IMG/VR virus record: IMGVR_UViG_3300044630_007810
From: an uncultured virus (IMG/VR IMGVR_UViG_3300044630_007810)
Taxonomy: Duplodnaviria > Heunggongvirae > Uroviricota > Caudoviricetes
DNA: 64,000 nt
Direction: 5' to 3' (one strand)
Shown: positions 29,817 to 40,172 of the stretch, piece after piece
Numbering within the stretch: the first letter of the stretch is position 1
Layout: each line of letters opens with the position of its first letter
Program-made: the position numbers and the translations under genes
Notes under the pieces: model-generated
Databases searched by the model: none
Told to the model about the DNA's origin: nothing
Seen by the model: only the letters and a program-made list of their open reading frames with translations

Positions 29817-31280
29817 ATGAAAAAAATATTTATAGACTGTGGCGCTCATTGTGGCGAATCAATTTTAAGAGCAAAAAAACAATTTGGAGAAGATATCGAA
29901 GTAATATCTTTTGAACCAATTCCATATTTTGCAAAAGAAATAACGAAAATACATGAAAATGATAATACGGTAAGTATTCATAATTGTGCTGTATGGATAG
30001 AAAATGGAGAAAAAACATTTAATTTATCACCAGATACAACAGATGGATCTTCATTATTAGAATATCATGATCAAAAAAAATCTATTAAAGTTAAAACAAT
30101 AGATCTTTCTTCTTGGATTAAATCAAATTTTAATCCTTCTGATTATATAATTTTAAAATTAGATATCGAGGGAGCAGAATATGCAATATTAAATAAATTA
30201 ATAGAAGATGATGTCGTATCAATGATTAATGAATTCTGGGGAGAATGGCATGAGAATCGAATACTAGATCAGGAAACTAAAAACTTCAGTTTAAATGTTT
30301 ACGAATATTTTGAAAAAAATAATATTATATTTAATAATTGGGATGAACATATACTGAACTATGGAAAAGCTGATGAAAAAACTGCATATAGACCATTTAG
30401 CTTAGAAGATGTTATAAATAAAGACAACTCTTTAATAGAATTAAAAAAAGAAAAACTTTGGCTAACTGGATTAACATCTGAAGGAAATTCAGATCAATTA
30501 AAAGAATTAATTGACCCAATTAAAAATGATTTTGATGGATTAATTTGGACGTTTCATTACCCCAAAGATGAAGGTTCTGAATATCTAGAATCAGTAAAGG
30601 GAGATGGAGAAATAATATATACAAAATGGTGCAATAGATTACATTTTAGCAGGAATCATTGTTTATTTCAAGGTCCAATGAGAGTAGGAGATTGGTTTGT
30701 TGTTATAGATACTCTAGAAAAATTATCTTCAGAATTTACATCTTCATTAAGAAACCTAACTAAAATATTAAATAATAATCATATTGATGGAGTTTATTTA
30801 TGGGGCAAAAGATTTATGTTTAGGCTTAATGAACATAGTGAATTTGTTGGAAATCCACATGAAGGAATTAAAGGTTCTCAAAAACCTATTGAATTAACTC
30901 AAACAGAATTTTGGAAAGATTCATATTTTGAAAATTTACGTCCTAAATTAAGAGAATCTCTACATTGGGTTAATGCATTTATGAAATATTATTTGTTTCC
31001 ACAAAGCAATCATTTAGTTTTGCATTTTGAACATGATGCTGATTTTATAAATCAAAGATATGAAATTAGATATAAATTTTTTAATGAAATTCATTCTTTA
31101 GGATATGATCCACTTAATATTAAATCAGTAATAAAATGCATTAATGAAATAGGATTAACAAATACATTAAAAGAATGTATTAATAGCGAAAAAATACTCA
31201 ACGACTGGTATAGATATGAATTTCTTGGCGCAAGAGATCAAATAGACAAACATGACTTTTCTTTAATTATAAAAATATGA
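29817..31280 (+). CDS. FkbM methyltransferase fused to a GT-A-like domain
   Basis: FIDCGAHCG, FEP, LKLDIEGAE; C-terminal half SRNHCL...WFVVIDTLE...PHEG. Confidence 0.75.
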   Translation: MKKIFIDCGAHCGESILRAKKQFGEDIEVISFEPIPYFAKEITKIHENDNTVSIHNCAVWIENGEKTFNLSPDTTDGSSLLEYHDQKKSIKVKTIDLSSWIKSNFNPSDYIILKLDIEGAEYAILNKLIEDDVVSMINEFWGEWHENRILDQETKNFSLNVYEYFEKNNIIFNNWDEHILNYGKADEKTAYRPFSLEDVINKDNSLIELKKEKLWLTGLTSEGNSDQLKELIDPIKNDFDGLIWTFHYPKDEGSEYLESVKGDGEIIYTKWCNRLHFSRNHCLFQGPMRVGDWFVVIDTLEKLSSEFTSSLRNLTKILNNNHIDGVYLWGKRFMFRLNEHSEFVGNPHEGIKGSQKPIELTQTEFWKDSYFENLRPKLRESLHWVNAFMKYYLFPQSNHLVLHFEHDADFINQRYEIRYKFFNEIHSLGYDPLNIKSVIKCINEIGLTNTLKECINSEKILNDWYRYEFLGARDQIDKHDFSLIIKI

Positions 31281-32077
31281 AAATTAGCGTATATTCAACA
31301 GCATTCAACATTATTGGCAAAGGATTTAATTTTGAAGATGCATTAGATAATTGGTTTTACTATGCAGATGAAGTTTCGATTTCTGTAAATAAGAGTAATG
31401 ATGAAACATTTTTAAAAATCAAAAATTACGCCGAATCAAAACAATATAATCTTTTAATTGAAGAAACAAACTTCGATTATTCAGACCCATTTTTTTATGG
31501 AAAATTAGAAAATTCAGCATTGCAAAGATGCACTGGAGATATTCTTTTTCAACAAAATTTAGATGAAAGAATTGGAGGCAATATAGATATACTAAAACAA
31601 TTATGTGCAAACTTGTTAAATCAAAATGATTATTTTTCATTTTTTGTTCCTGTAATTAATCTCCATACTGATTACTATAATTATATTGATATTGGTCAAA
31701 AATGGTATATTCATAAGAGAGGAGCTAATAGAGGTCCAGTAAATTTTGGACTAAAAGAAAACGGCTTGCCTGATTACAATAAAACAAGTACCGATGAATT
31801 GATAGATAAAGATGGAAATCTTTTGCCGACTTTTCCACTTAATAAAATTAAAGATAATTTAGATGGATTAAATTACTTTAAAAGTGGTTTACCATTTACA
31901 TATCATTTAGGATATGTGGATCTTAATGAAAGAGTTAAGAGGAATGAATTTTGGAAAAACTTTTGGGAAAAGGCAACAGGAGGAGACTCAAATACTCATT
32001 CTTTGAATATACAAGATTATACATCAAAGTCTGTATCTCCACATAATCTTCAACTTTGGAATAAAATATGCAAATAA
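31277..32077 (+). CDS. GT2-like glycosyltransferase
   Basis: KISVYS...ADEV...SNDET...ALQRCTGD...LDE...YHLGY. Confidence 0.7.
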   Translation: MKISVYSTAFNIIGKGFNFEDALDNWFYYADEVSISVNKSNDETFLKIKNYAESKQYNLLIEETNFDYSDPFFYGKLENSALQRCTGDILFQQNLDERIGGNIDILKQLCANLLNQNDYFSFFVPVINLHTDYYNYIDIGQKWYIHKRGANRGPVNFGLKENGLPDYNKTSTDELIDKDGNLLPTFPLNKIKDNLDGLNYFKSGLPFTYHLGYVDLNERVKRNEFWKNFWEKATGGDSNTHSLNIQDYTSKSVSPHNLQLWNKICK

Positions 32078-32724
32078 ATATAATAAATAAAATTAAAGTT
32101 GCAATACACGATGCAGATAACAATGTCTCTCAACTACCTATAGAAATTTTTAAGAAAGAAGGCGCTTCTGGGTCAAAAGGTAGATGCTTGCATCATAATT
32201 TATCAAAAATTTTTAATGAAGACCTTTCTTATTTAGAAATTGGAACTCAAAGAGGTCTTTCTTTTTGTAATGCTTTATATGGAATAAATTACAAATATGC
32301 GTGTGTTATAGATAACTGGATAGAAGGAGACTTTAGAAAAGATTTTAATATAAATATATCAAATTTTTTAAATAATAAAAAATTTGATTTATACGATCAA
32401 GATTGTTGGTCTATAGATTTAAAAAATCAAATTAAACAAAAAATAAATTTTTATTTTTATGATGGTGATCATTCTTATGAATCTCATGAAAGAGCTTATA
32501 CTTATTACAATGATATATTTGCAGATGAATTTTTAACAATAATTGATGATTGGAATTGCCCAAATATTAGAGAGGCAACGCAAAACGCTTTTAAAAAATT
32601 AAATTATAAAATTCTTTTTGAAAAAAATTTATTTACAGAAAATTTAAATAATGTTCGTGGTTGGGGATCAGGAAATCCTGATACTTGGTGGAATGGATTA
32701 TATGTAGCTTATATTAAAAAATGA
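32068..32724 (+). CDS. Class I SAM methyltransferase (Methyltransf_24-like)
   Basis: YLEIGTQRG; YDGDHSYE; IIDDW. Confidence 0.8.
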   Translation: MQINIINKIKVAIHDADNNVSQLPIEIFKKEGASGSKGRCLHHNLSKIFNEDLSYLEIGTQRGLSFCNALYGINYKYACVIDNWIEGDFRKDFNINISNFLNNKKFDLYDQDCWSIDLKNQIKQKINFYFYDGDHSYESHERAYTYYNDIFADEFLTIIDDWNCPNIREATQNAFKKLNYKILFEKNLFTENLNNVRGWGSGNPDTWWNGLYVAYIKK

Positions 32725-33439
32725 AAATAGGTCTTCTTTGCAACTTCTATGGTTTCCCACAATATACTGATAAAGTATTATCTGCTTGGAAAAATATTAA
32801 AGAAATTTCATGTACAGCAGTATCAAGTTATAAATATCAAGATTATGCTGAATGTGGTTGGGATGTTGATGACACAGAAACTCCAATACAATTATTGACA
32901 GAGCATAGAGATTTTATTGATTATATTTGTTTGGGAAAACAATCTAATGATTCATTTTCAAGAAATTCTCCTTTAAATCATTTATTAACTCATGACATAG
33001 AATTAATAATGTAATTGAGTTTATTAAAAATAATCAAAATTACTGCACATATAAAATAAATTTTAAAAATTTTGTTTTTTCAGAAAAAACATATATAGAA
33101 GGATTCAATCCTCCTAGAATATTTGCTGTTAATGCTAATGGTAAAAAAACAATAAGCCATTTTTATTATGAAAATGATATAGCATATAATATTAATAATC
33201 AATTAATAGACTATAAACAACTTCCAATTTTAGAAATACCAAAAGAAATATGTAATCCAATACATTATTCTTGGTGTGGAGATTCAGAATTTCTTAAAGC
33301 AAAAGTTAACTATCAACTTAAAAGATATAATGGCATTTGTTCTTACAAATGGAATGAAAAAGAAAATCAACTTGAATTTAATCAAGAATTCTATAAAATG
33401 ACATGCACGGAAATTCCAAAAATTCATGATATTCTTTGA
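32721..33439 (+). pseudogene. Frameshifted GT2-like glycosyltransferase
   Basis: 97 aa N-part stops at 33014; a second frame is open from ~33002 to TGA 33439 (INNVIEFIK...NPPRIF...HYSW...KIHDIL*) with no ATG near its start. Confidence 0.7.
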
Positions 33440-34187
33440 TTCAAGAGAACCAAATAAATATAATTTTTTAAAAAAAATAATATATCCATATCTAAGTGAT
33501 TTTACTAAAAAAAGATACGGTGGATCAAAAGATGGAAGTTATGTTTTTTTACAAGAATTATTTGATAAGTCAAATATAGTTTATTCGTATGGTATTGGAT
33601 CTGATCCACAAGGATTGCGTTTTGATTTAGATTGCGCTGATCAAAATAAAAATGTTTATATGTATGATGGATCAATAAATAATCCACCAGTAAATCATCC
33701 AAATTTTATTTTTAAGTCAGAATTTTTATTTAAAAGTTTAATCAAAAATCACATCAAAGAAAATAATCATGAAAATGAAAAAAACATGATTTTAAAAATG
33801 GATATTGAAGGTTATGAATATGAAGTCATTAATAATGATATTGATTTTATAAGCAAGCACTTTGATCAAATTTCAATTGAAATTCATGGACTTATTGAAG
33901 AGATTCCTGAAAAATGGACCATAGAAGAACCAATTTCATCCATAAAAAAAGATAAACATATAAAACAAGAATTCTTTAAAAATATTTGCCAATATTATAA
34001 TATTATTCATATTCATGCAAATAATCATTCTCCGAGATATGTAGATTTTCCAGATTCTTTAGAGATCACTTTTTTAAGAAAAGATTACACCTTAACTAAT
34101 TTAGATAAAAATCAATATCCAATTGAAAAATTAGATTTTCCAAACTATGAAGGAAGAGAAGACTATGTTTTAAACTGGTGGATTTAA
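33426..34187 (+). CDS. FkbM/Methyltransf_22-like methyltransferase
   Basis: RYGGSKDGSY; YSYGIG; LKMDIEGYE; QISIEIH; HIHANN. Confidence 0.75.
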   Translation: MIFFDSREPNKYNFLKKIIYPYLSDFTKKRYGGSKDGSYVFLQELFDKSNIVYSYGIGSDPQGLRFDLDCADQNKNVYMYDGSINNPPVNHPNFIFKSEFLFKSLIKNHIKENNHENEKNMILKMDIEGYEYEVINNDIDFISKHFDQISIEIHGLIEEIPEKWTIEEPISSIKKDKHIKQEFFKNICQYYNIIHIHANNHSPRYVDFPDSLEITFLRKDYTLTNLDKNQYPIEKLDFPNYEGREDYVLNWWI

Positions 34188-34198
34188 TAAAAATAATT

Positions 34199-34963
34199 AT
34201 GAAAAAAATTGCTTTTTGCATATCTGGTCACTTAAGAAAATTTGATGAAATTCATGAAAATTTTTTAGAATTTAAAAAACATTTAGAAAAAATTGGTAAT
34301 GTAGATATATTTATCTCTACATGGGATGAAATTGATAATTATAAATATTGCTGTTCTGCTCATTCTAGATCAGAAATAAAAAATAAAAAAATTAATTTAG
34401 ATTTAATAAAGAATACTTATAATCCACTAGCCTTAAGTATTTTTTCTTATAATCAAATTGAAAATTATTTAATAAATAATCCATTTAAAGCTGATGCGAA
34501 TTATGATTTTTTTGGAGATAAATATTCTCATAAGAATATACCTCACAATATGAGAGCTTTATTTTTATTAAATGAATGTTGCAATCTTAAAAAAAATACT
34601 GAAATTGCTAATAATTTTACATATGATATAGTATTTAGAATTAGACCAGATTTTCTTTTTGATAAAAATGAATATTCAAAATTTAATTACGAAAATATAG
34701 AAGATTATTTTTATGCAGCGGGACAAGATGATTGTGATATAAGTGACATATTTGGATTTTCAAATTCACATATATATGATAAATACTGCAAAACATTTTT
34801 TAATTTAAAAAATATAAGTGAAACATTTCAAAGTTTTAATGAGCAAACAGCTTGGGGGTCTATTTTAGTTCATCCAGAAATAATAATTCATAGAAATAGC
34901 ATATTAGAAAAATTTGAATTTCAATTAATCAATTATTTTGGTTCATTATCAAGAGACGTTTAA
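34199..34963 (+). CDS. Putative glycan-modifying (GT-like) protein
   Basis: KIAFCISGHLR...DIFISTW...YDIVFRIRPD...D.FGFS, a pattern common in polysaccharide clusters. Confidence 0.55.
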   Translation: MKKIAFCISGHLRKFDEIHENFLEFKKHLEKIGNVDIFISTWDEIDNYKYCCSAHSRSEIKNKKINLDLIKNTYNPLALSIFSYNQIENYLINNPFKADANYDFFGDKYSHKNIPHNMRALFLLNECCNLKKNTEIANNFTYDIVFRIRPDFLFDKNEYSKFNYENIEDYFYAAGQDDCDISDIFGFSNSHIYDKYCKTFFNLKNISETFQSFNEQTAWGSILVHPEIIIHRNSILEKFEFQLINYFGSLSRDV

Positions 34964-34980
34964 ATTTATTATAAAATAAA

Positions 34981-36342
34981 ATGAAAAAATTAATTTTATT
35001 TGACCTTGACGGAGTATTAGTTGATGCAAAAAAAATACATTTTGAATCTTTAAACAAAGCTCTTTTAAAAATTGGAGAGAAATATGTGATTTCAGAATCG
35101 GAACATCTATCTATTTTTGATGGATTAAAGACTTATGAAAAGCTACAAATTCTGACAAACATAAAAAATTTGGATAAAAAACATTACGAATCAATATGGA
35201 ACGATAAACAAAATTTTACTTTGAATGAAATATATAAACTAAAATTAGATCAAAATTTAATTAATTTATTTAAATTTTTAAAAAATAACAATTATAAAGT
35301 TGGTTGTTGTTCAAATTCAATTAAAAAATCTGTAGTTTCTATGTTATCTAAAATAGGCATAATTAATTATATGGATTTAATACTATCAAATGAAGATGTT
35401 AAAAATCCAAAACCACATCCTGAGATATATTGGAAGGCAATGTCTGAATTTGGTTTATGTCCAGAAGATACTTTAATTGTTGAGGATTCTCCATATGGTT
35501 TATTAGCCGCCCAGAGATCTGGAGCTTCAGCCATGAGAGTAAAAAACCCTAAAGATTTAACGCTTGAAAAAATTCAAAACTTCCTATATAATAACCCAAA
35601 TAAAATGAATACTACGTGGCAAGATAAAAATTTAAATGTATTAATACCAATGGCTGGTGCTGGTAGTCGTTTCGAAAAAGCTGGATACACGTTTCCGAAA
35701 CCTCTTATTGATATTAATGGGTCTCCAATGATTCAGGTTGTGGTTAATAATTTAAATTTTGATGCAAATCATATTTTTATTGCCCGACATGAGCATCGTG
35801 AAAAATATAATTTGAAATCACTTCTTTCACTAGTATCTAAAAACTGCCACATTGTTGATGTTGATGCTTTGACAGAGGGAGCGTGTTGCACAACCCTTTT
35901 GGCAAAAGATTTAATTAATAATGACAATCCACTGATTATAGCCAATTCTGATCAATATGTAGAATGGAATACTAGTGAATTCATGTATAAAATGCAAGAG
36001 CAAGATGTTGATGCTGGAATGGTAACTTTTAAATCAACACATCCCAAATGGTCTTTTGCAAAAATTAATGATGATGGCTATGTTACAGAAGTAGCAGAAA
36101 AAAATCCAATTAGCGATATTGCCACAGCTGGTATTTATTATTGGAAGCGAGGTCGTGATTACGTCAAGTATGCAGAACAAATGATTTCTAAAAATATTAG
36201 ATTTAATAATGAGTTTTATGTATGTCCAGTATTTAATGAAGCAATTTGCGATGGCAAAAAAATTAAAACATACGACATTGAGGGAATGTGGGGAATTGGA
36301 ACTCCAGAAGATTTAAATTATTTTTTAAAAAATAAATTATGA
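34981..36342 (+). CDS. HAD phosphatase fused to a sugar-phosphate nucleotidyltransferase-like domain
   Basis: FDLDGVL, KPHPEIY, VEDS; then IPMAGAGSRF...PKPLI...EK...GIGTPEDL. Confidence 0.85.
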   Translation: MKKLILFDLDGVLVDAKKIHFESLNKALLKIGEKYVISESEHLSIFDGLKTYEKLQILTNIKNLDKKHYESIWNDKQNFTLNEIYKLKLDQNLINLFKFLKNNNYKVGCCSNSIKKSVVSMLSKIGIINYMDLILSNEDVKNPKPHPEIYWKAMSEFGLCPEDTLIVEDSPYGLLAAQRSGASAMRVKNPKDLTLEKIQNFLYNNPNKMNTTWQDKNLNVLIPMAGAGSRFEKAGYTFPKPLIDINGSPMIQVVVNNLNFDANHIFIARHEHREKYNLKSLLSLVSKNCHIVDVDALTEGACCTTLLAKDLINNDNPLIIANSDQYVEWNTSEFMYKMQEQDVDAGMVTFKSTHPKWSFAKINDDGYVTEVAEKNPISDIATAGIYYWKRGRDYVKYAEQMISKNIRFNNEFYVCPVFNEAICDGKKIKTYDIEGMWGIGTPEDLNYFLKNKL

Positions 36343-36405
36343 AAAAAAATAATAATCACTGGTGTAACAGGTCAAGATGGTAGCTTTATGATTAATTTTT
36401 ATTAA
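36339..36405 (+). pseudogene. Remnant 5' end of gmd
   Basis: ATG, A8 run (one extra A), then IIITGVTGQDGSFMINFY*; canonical Gmd N-terminus. Confidence 0.75.
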
Positions 36406-36442
36406 AAACATATAAAAAATTTTATTAAACAACATGATCTAT

Positions 36443-36448
36443 GTGTAA
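36443..36448 (+). promoter_or_regulatory. GTGTAA motif
   Basis: 9 nt upstream of the HNH ATG. Confidence 0.6.
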
Positions 36449-36457
36449 TTAAATAGA

Positions 36458-37006
36458 ATGAGCAAAACAATAGAATTAAATGTTGATAAAGTTTTCGGTG
36501 GCTTGAAATTACTATGCAGATCGGAGAGAAAAGAAAAAAGAATTTTTGCTAAATGTGAATGCATTCATTGTGGCAGCACTACTCATGTGGAATTATGGAA
36601 TTTAATTGGCGAGCATTATAAAAGCTGTGGATGCCTGAAACATGCTTTTAATACAAAAAGTCCTAGATGGAAGGGGTTCGGAGAAATTAGTCAAACTCAT
36701 TTCAATAGAATAAAACTTGGAGCTAAAAAAAGAAACTTAGATTTTAACTTAAATATTGAAGACATTTGGAATTTATTTTTAAAGCAAAATAGAAAATGCG
36801 CTATTTCTGGGCTTGATCTCAGATTTCCAAATAGCCGTATAGATTACAAATCAACTGCATCTTTAGATAGAATCAATCCTAAAAAATCTTATACTATTGA
36901 TAATGTTCAATGGCTGCATGTTGATGTCAATTACGCAAAACAGTCAATGGACAATATCGAATTTTTAAACTTAATTAAACAAATATACAATTTTCAATAT
37001 GAATAA
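36458..37006 (+). mobile_element. Free-standing HNH-type homing endonuclease
   Basis: CECIHCG...KSCGC N-domain; KCAISG...ASLDRINPKKSYTIDNVQWLHVDVNYAK nuclease motif. Confidence 0.8.
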
Positions 37007-38075
37007 AACAGCAATAGTCACAGGCGTTACGGGACAAATGGGTTCTTTTTTTGCGGAATTCCTTTTGTCGCAAGGAATTACCGTTATAGGTGTTACTAGG
37101 AGACTCAGCGTTCCTAATGAAGAAAACATCAAAAAGATCAAAGATAATAAAAAAATTATCTTCGAACTAATGGATCTCGGAGACAGTCACTCCATAAATA
37201 ATATTGTAGAAAAATATAAACCAGATTACTTTATTAATTGCGCTGCTAATAGTTTCGTGGGAACAAGTTGGGATTGTCCAGAGCAACATTTTGAGTATAA
37301 TTGCTTGGGTGTTTTGAGACAGCTGGAAGCCATACGCAAACATTCTCCATCTACTCGTTATGTTAATTTTGGGTCTTCCGAAGAGTTCGGAGATGTTGTG
37401 ACTATACCGCAAAATGAAGAGCATCCCGCTCGCGCACGAAGTCCATACGGAGCATCTAAGATTGCTGCAAGACAAATTATCAAAGTTTATAGAGAAAGCT
37501 ACAATCTTTTTGCTCTTCAGTGTTGGTGTTTTAATTATGAATCAGAACGAAGAGGCGAAGAGTTTGTAACTCGTAAAATTACAAAAGGCGTTGCTAGAAT
37601 CAAAAAAGCAATTGAAAATAAAACTTCATTTGATCCAATTTGCTTGGGTAATATTAATTCCGCTAGAGACTGGAGTTACTGTCCTGATTTCGTAGAGGGT
37701 GTATGGTTAATGTTAAATCAAGACGAACCTAAAGAATATGTGCTATCCTCTAATGAAACTCACACAATAAAAGAATTTGTGGAGTTAGCTTTTAAGGCTG
37801 CTGGCATTGATGGTATTTGGGTTGGCGAAAACTTAGATACTTTATATTTACTGCCAAATTACTTAAATGATTTTGCAGGTGTTCCAGAATTAAAATTAGT
37901 TCAAATTGATCAAAAATTTTATCGCCCCGCAGAAGTTGATTTGCTTTTAGGGGATTCCACGAAAGCTCGGAAAGAATTAAAATGGATGCCCAAAACGTCT
38001 TTTGATAAATTGGTTAGAAAAATGGTTGACAATGACATTAATCTCTATTATAAAGAGTTTAATGGCGCAAAGTAA
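36999..38075 (+). CDS. gmd: GDP-mannose 4,6-dehydratase
   Basis: TGVTGQxGS; SPYGASK; FNYESERRGEEFVTRKIT; RDW; FYRPAEVDLLLGD. Confidence 0.92.
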   Translation: MNKTAIVTGVTGQMGSFFAEFLLSQGITVIGVTRRLSVPNEENIKKIKDNKKIIFELMDLGDSHSINNIVEKYKPDYFINCAANSFVGTSWDCPEQHFEYNCLGVLRQLEAIRKHSPSTRYVNFGSSEEFGDVVTIPQNEEHPARARSPYGASKIAARQIIKVYRESYNLFALQCWCFNYESERRGEEFVTRKITKGVARIKKAIENKTSFDPICLGNINSARDWSYCPDFVEGVWLMLNQDEPKEYVLSSNETHTIKEFVELAFKAAGIDGIWVGENLDTLYLLPNYLNDFAGVPELKLVQIDQKFYRPAEVDLLLGDSTKARKELKWMPKTSFDKLVRKMVDNDINLYYKEFNGAK

Positions 38076-38442
38076 AAAAACAGCTAAGCCCAAAAAAGCT
38101 CCTAAACCCTTTTTTAAGGAGAGAAAGGAATTTGTTAAAAGATTGCTGGATAATAAAAAATCCAGCAATATTGCTTTAGATATGAAAATTGCCACTCAAA
38201 TCTTTGAAAGATTTGACAATGATGTTGATTTCCTTTCAAAGGTTAAACCATTATTTAAAATGGAGGCAAGTATAAAATGGTTTCTTACTAAAGATGGCGT
38301 TAAATTTCTTGATTTAAAATATAAGGAATTTAAATATAAGCCTAAAAAAATTGAAAGTGCAATAGACTTGGGTGAGAAAGTTGGAGATGATGTTATACAA
38401 AATAAAAAAAGAACAATAAGACAATTTTTAGATAATGAGTAA
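38062..38442 (+). CDS. Hypothetical basic protein
   Basis: ATG at 38062 (MAQSKK); overlaps both neighbours. Confidence 0.55.
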   Translation: MAQSKKTAKPKKAPKPFFKERKEFVKRLLDNKKSSNIALDMKIATQIFERFDNDVDFLSKVKPLFKMEASIKWFLTKDGVKFLDLKYKEFKYKPKKIESAIDLGEKVGDDVIQNKKRTIRQFLDNE

Positions 38443-39547
38443 AATAAACACAATAGACTACACGAAAGAATTCCTTAAAAGCAACAAGGAATTTCATTAT
38501 AATTTAGAAAATACCGCAGAAGACTATTTAGTCTCAAGTGGTAGTATGATTTTAGACTCTTATCTTGGAGGGGGGTTTGGAAGTGGAATGCATAGATTTA
38601 TTGGAGCAAACGAAGGCGGCAAAACAAATGAAGCTCTTCATGTCATGCTTAATATGTTAAAAAGTGTTGGTGATTCAAAAGGTCTTTACATTAAAGCAGA
38701 AGGCAGACTTTCAAAAGATGTCCGTGAAAGATCTGGTCTTAATTTTGTTTTTAATGCTGAAGAATGGGTTATCGGCACATGTTTGGTGTTTGAGTGCAAT
38801 GTGTACGATACTGTTTTTGATTTTTTAAGAGGTTTGCTTAGGAATAATCCAGATAAAGAAAAGTTTTGTATTGTTGTAGATAGCATGGATGGCTTACTTC
38901 CAAAAGCGGAATTAGAAAAATCCACAAGTGAAGCCGCAAAGGTTGCCGCTGGCGCATTAATGAGTTCAGATTTTCTTAAAAGAGTTAGTCTTGGAATGTC
39001 AAAATTTGGGCATATGTGTATCATGATCTCTCAAGTTAGAGCAAAGGTTGACATTAATCCTTATGCTAAAGGAGATCCAAATAACCAAACAAACTCAAGT
39101 GGTGGGAATGCATTATTGCATTATCCAGATTGGATTCTTGAATTTCAAAAACAAAACAAATCAGACAAAATTCTTGAAAAACCAAATCAACAAATTGGAG
39201 TCGATAATAAAATTTTTGGCCATATGGCGAAAATTCTTATCTGCAAATCGACAAATGAATCAACTGGTCAGGTGGTAAAATACCCCATTAAACATGGTCG
39301 CTCAAATGGTAAGTCTATTTGGGTTGAGAGAGAGGTTGTCGAAATGATGACAATGTGGGGGTTAGTAGAAAAATCTGGATCTTGGTTTGCTATTGACCCC
39401 GAAGTTAAAACTTATTTGGAATCACAAAATTTATCAATTAAAGATAAATTTCAAGGAATGCAATCTATTTACGATTTTCTTGAAGAAAATGAAGAAGTAA
39501 CAATTGCATTGGCAAAGTTTGTTAAAGATAATTTTCTATCAAAATGA
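38435..39547 (+). CDS. RecA/UvsX-like recombinase
   Basis: SSGSMILDSYLGGG; GANEGGKT; IVVDS; ISQVR; SSGGNALLHY; KSGSWF. Confidence 0.85.
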   Translation: MSKINTIDYTKEFLKSNKEFHYNLENTAEDYLVSSGSMILDSYLGGGFGSGMHRFIGANEGGKTNEALHVMLNMLKSVGDSKGLYIKAEGRLSKDVRERSGLNFVFNAEEWVIGTCLVFECNVYDTVFDFLRGLLRNNPDKEKFCIVVDSMDGLLPKAELEKSTSEAAKVAAGALMSSDFLKRVSLGMSKFGHMCIMISQVRAKVDINPYAKGDPNNQTNSSGGNALLHYPDWILEFQKQNKSDKILEKPNQQIGVDNKIFGHMAKILICKSTNESTGQVVKYPIKHGRSNGKSIWVEREVVEMMTMWGLVEKSGSWFAIDPEVKTYLESQNLSIKDKFQGMQSIYDFLEENEEVTIALAKFVKDNFLSK

Positions 39548-39951
39548 TATTTTTATCGACATCAGGTAAATCAGTAAAATTAAAAAACTCAACTCGTTAT
39601 TTAATAAAGTGGAATAGTACATGTAAAAGTAAAATTCAAAAAAGAGTTAAAGATTTATTAAAAAAATACTGGATTGCAGATATTGTTTTTGAAGAAATGC
39701 CAGTTATTAGCACAAGATTAACAATTGATTTTTATAATGCAAATAAAAAAATTGCTATTGAAGTAGACGGAAATCAACATTATAAATTTAATAAATTTTT
39801 TCACTCAAATTCAAGACAAAATTTTTTAGCCCAATTACAAAGAGATGAAAAAAAGGAACTTTTTTGCGATGTCAACAATATTAAGCTTGTAAGAATATTG
39901 GAATCGGATAAACTAGACGAGGAACTCTTAAAGAATTTAGAAATCTTATGA
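39544..39951 (+). CDS. PD-(D/E)xK endonuclease (DUF559/Vsr-like)
   Basis: IDFY...IAIEVDGNQH...RDEKK...LVRI. Confidence 0.75.
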   Translation: MIFLSTSGKSVKLKNSTRYLIKWNSTCKSKIQKRVKDLLKKYWIADIVFEEMPVISTRLTIDFYNANKKIAIEVDGNQHYKFNKFFHSNSRQNFLAQLQRDEKKELFCDVNNIKLVRILESDKLDEELLKNLEIL

Positions 39952-40172
39952 AGGAAAATGAACCATTTACATTACCAGAATCAATAGTCCATAAACTTTA
40001 TGATCTTACAGGTACATCATCATCTGGAACAAAAGGCTTTATTCTTGCTTATGTTAATTCAGATGGCATTCCATCTATTTTAAATAAATTTGATAACATG
40101 TGTGTAAACATGGCTCTTAAGAAAACAATTGAACTTTTTATTGAAGACAACGAAGATAATATATCACTATGA
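39948..40172 (+). CDS. Hypothetical protein
   Basis: 74 aa, coupled between the nuclease and helicase genes. Confidence 0.55.
   Translation: MKENEPFTLPESIVHKLYDLTGTSSSGTKGFILAYVNSDGIPSILNKFDNMCVNMALKKTIELFIEDNEDNISL

Noticed and set aside
36339..37006. Group I intron in gmd
   Set aside because: Only ~50 nt of AT-rich non-coding flank with no ribozyme core; the downstream gmd is complete
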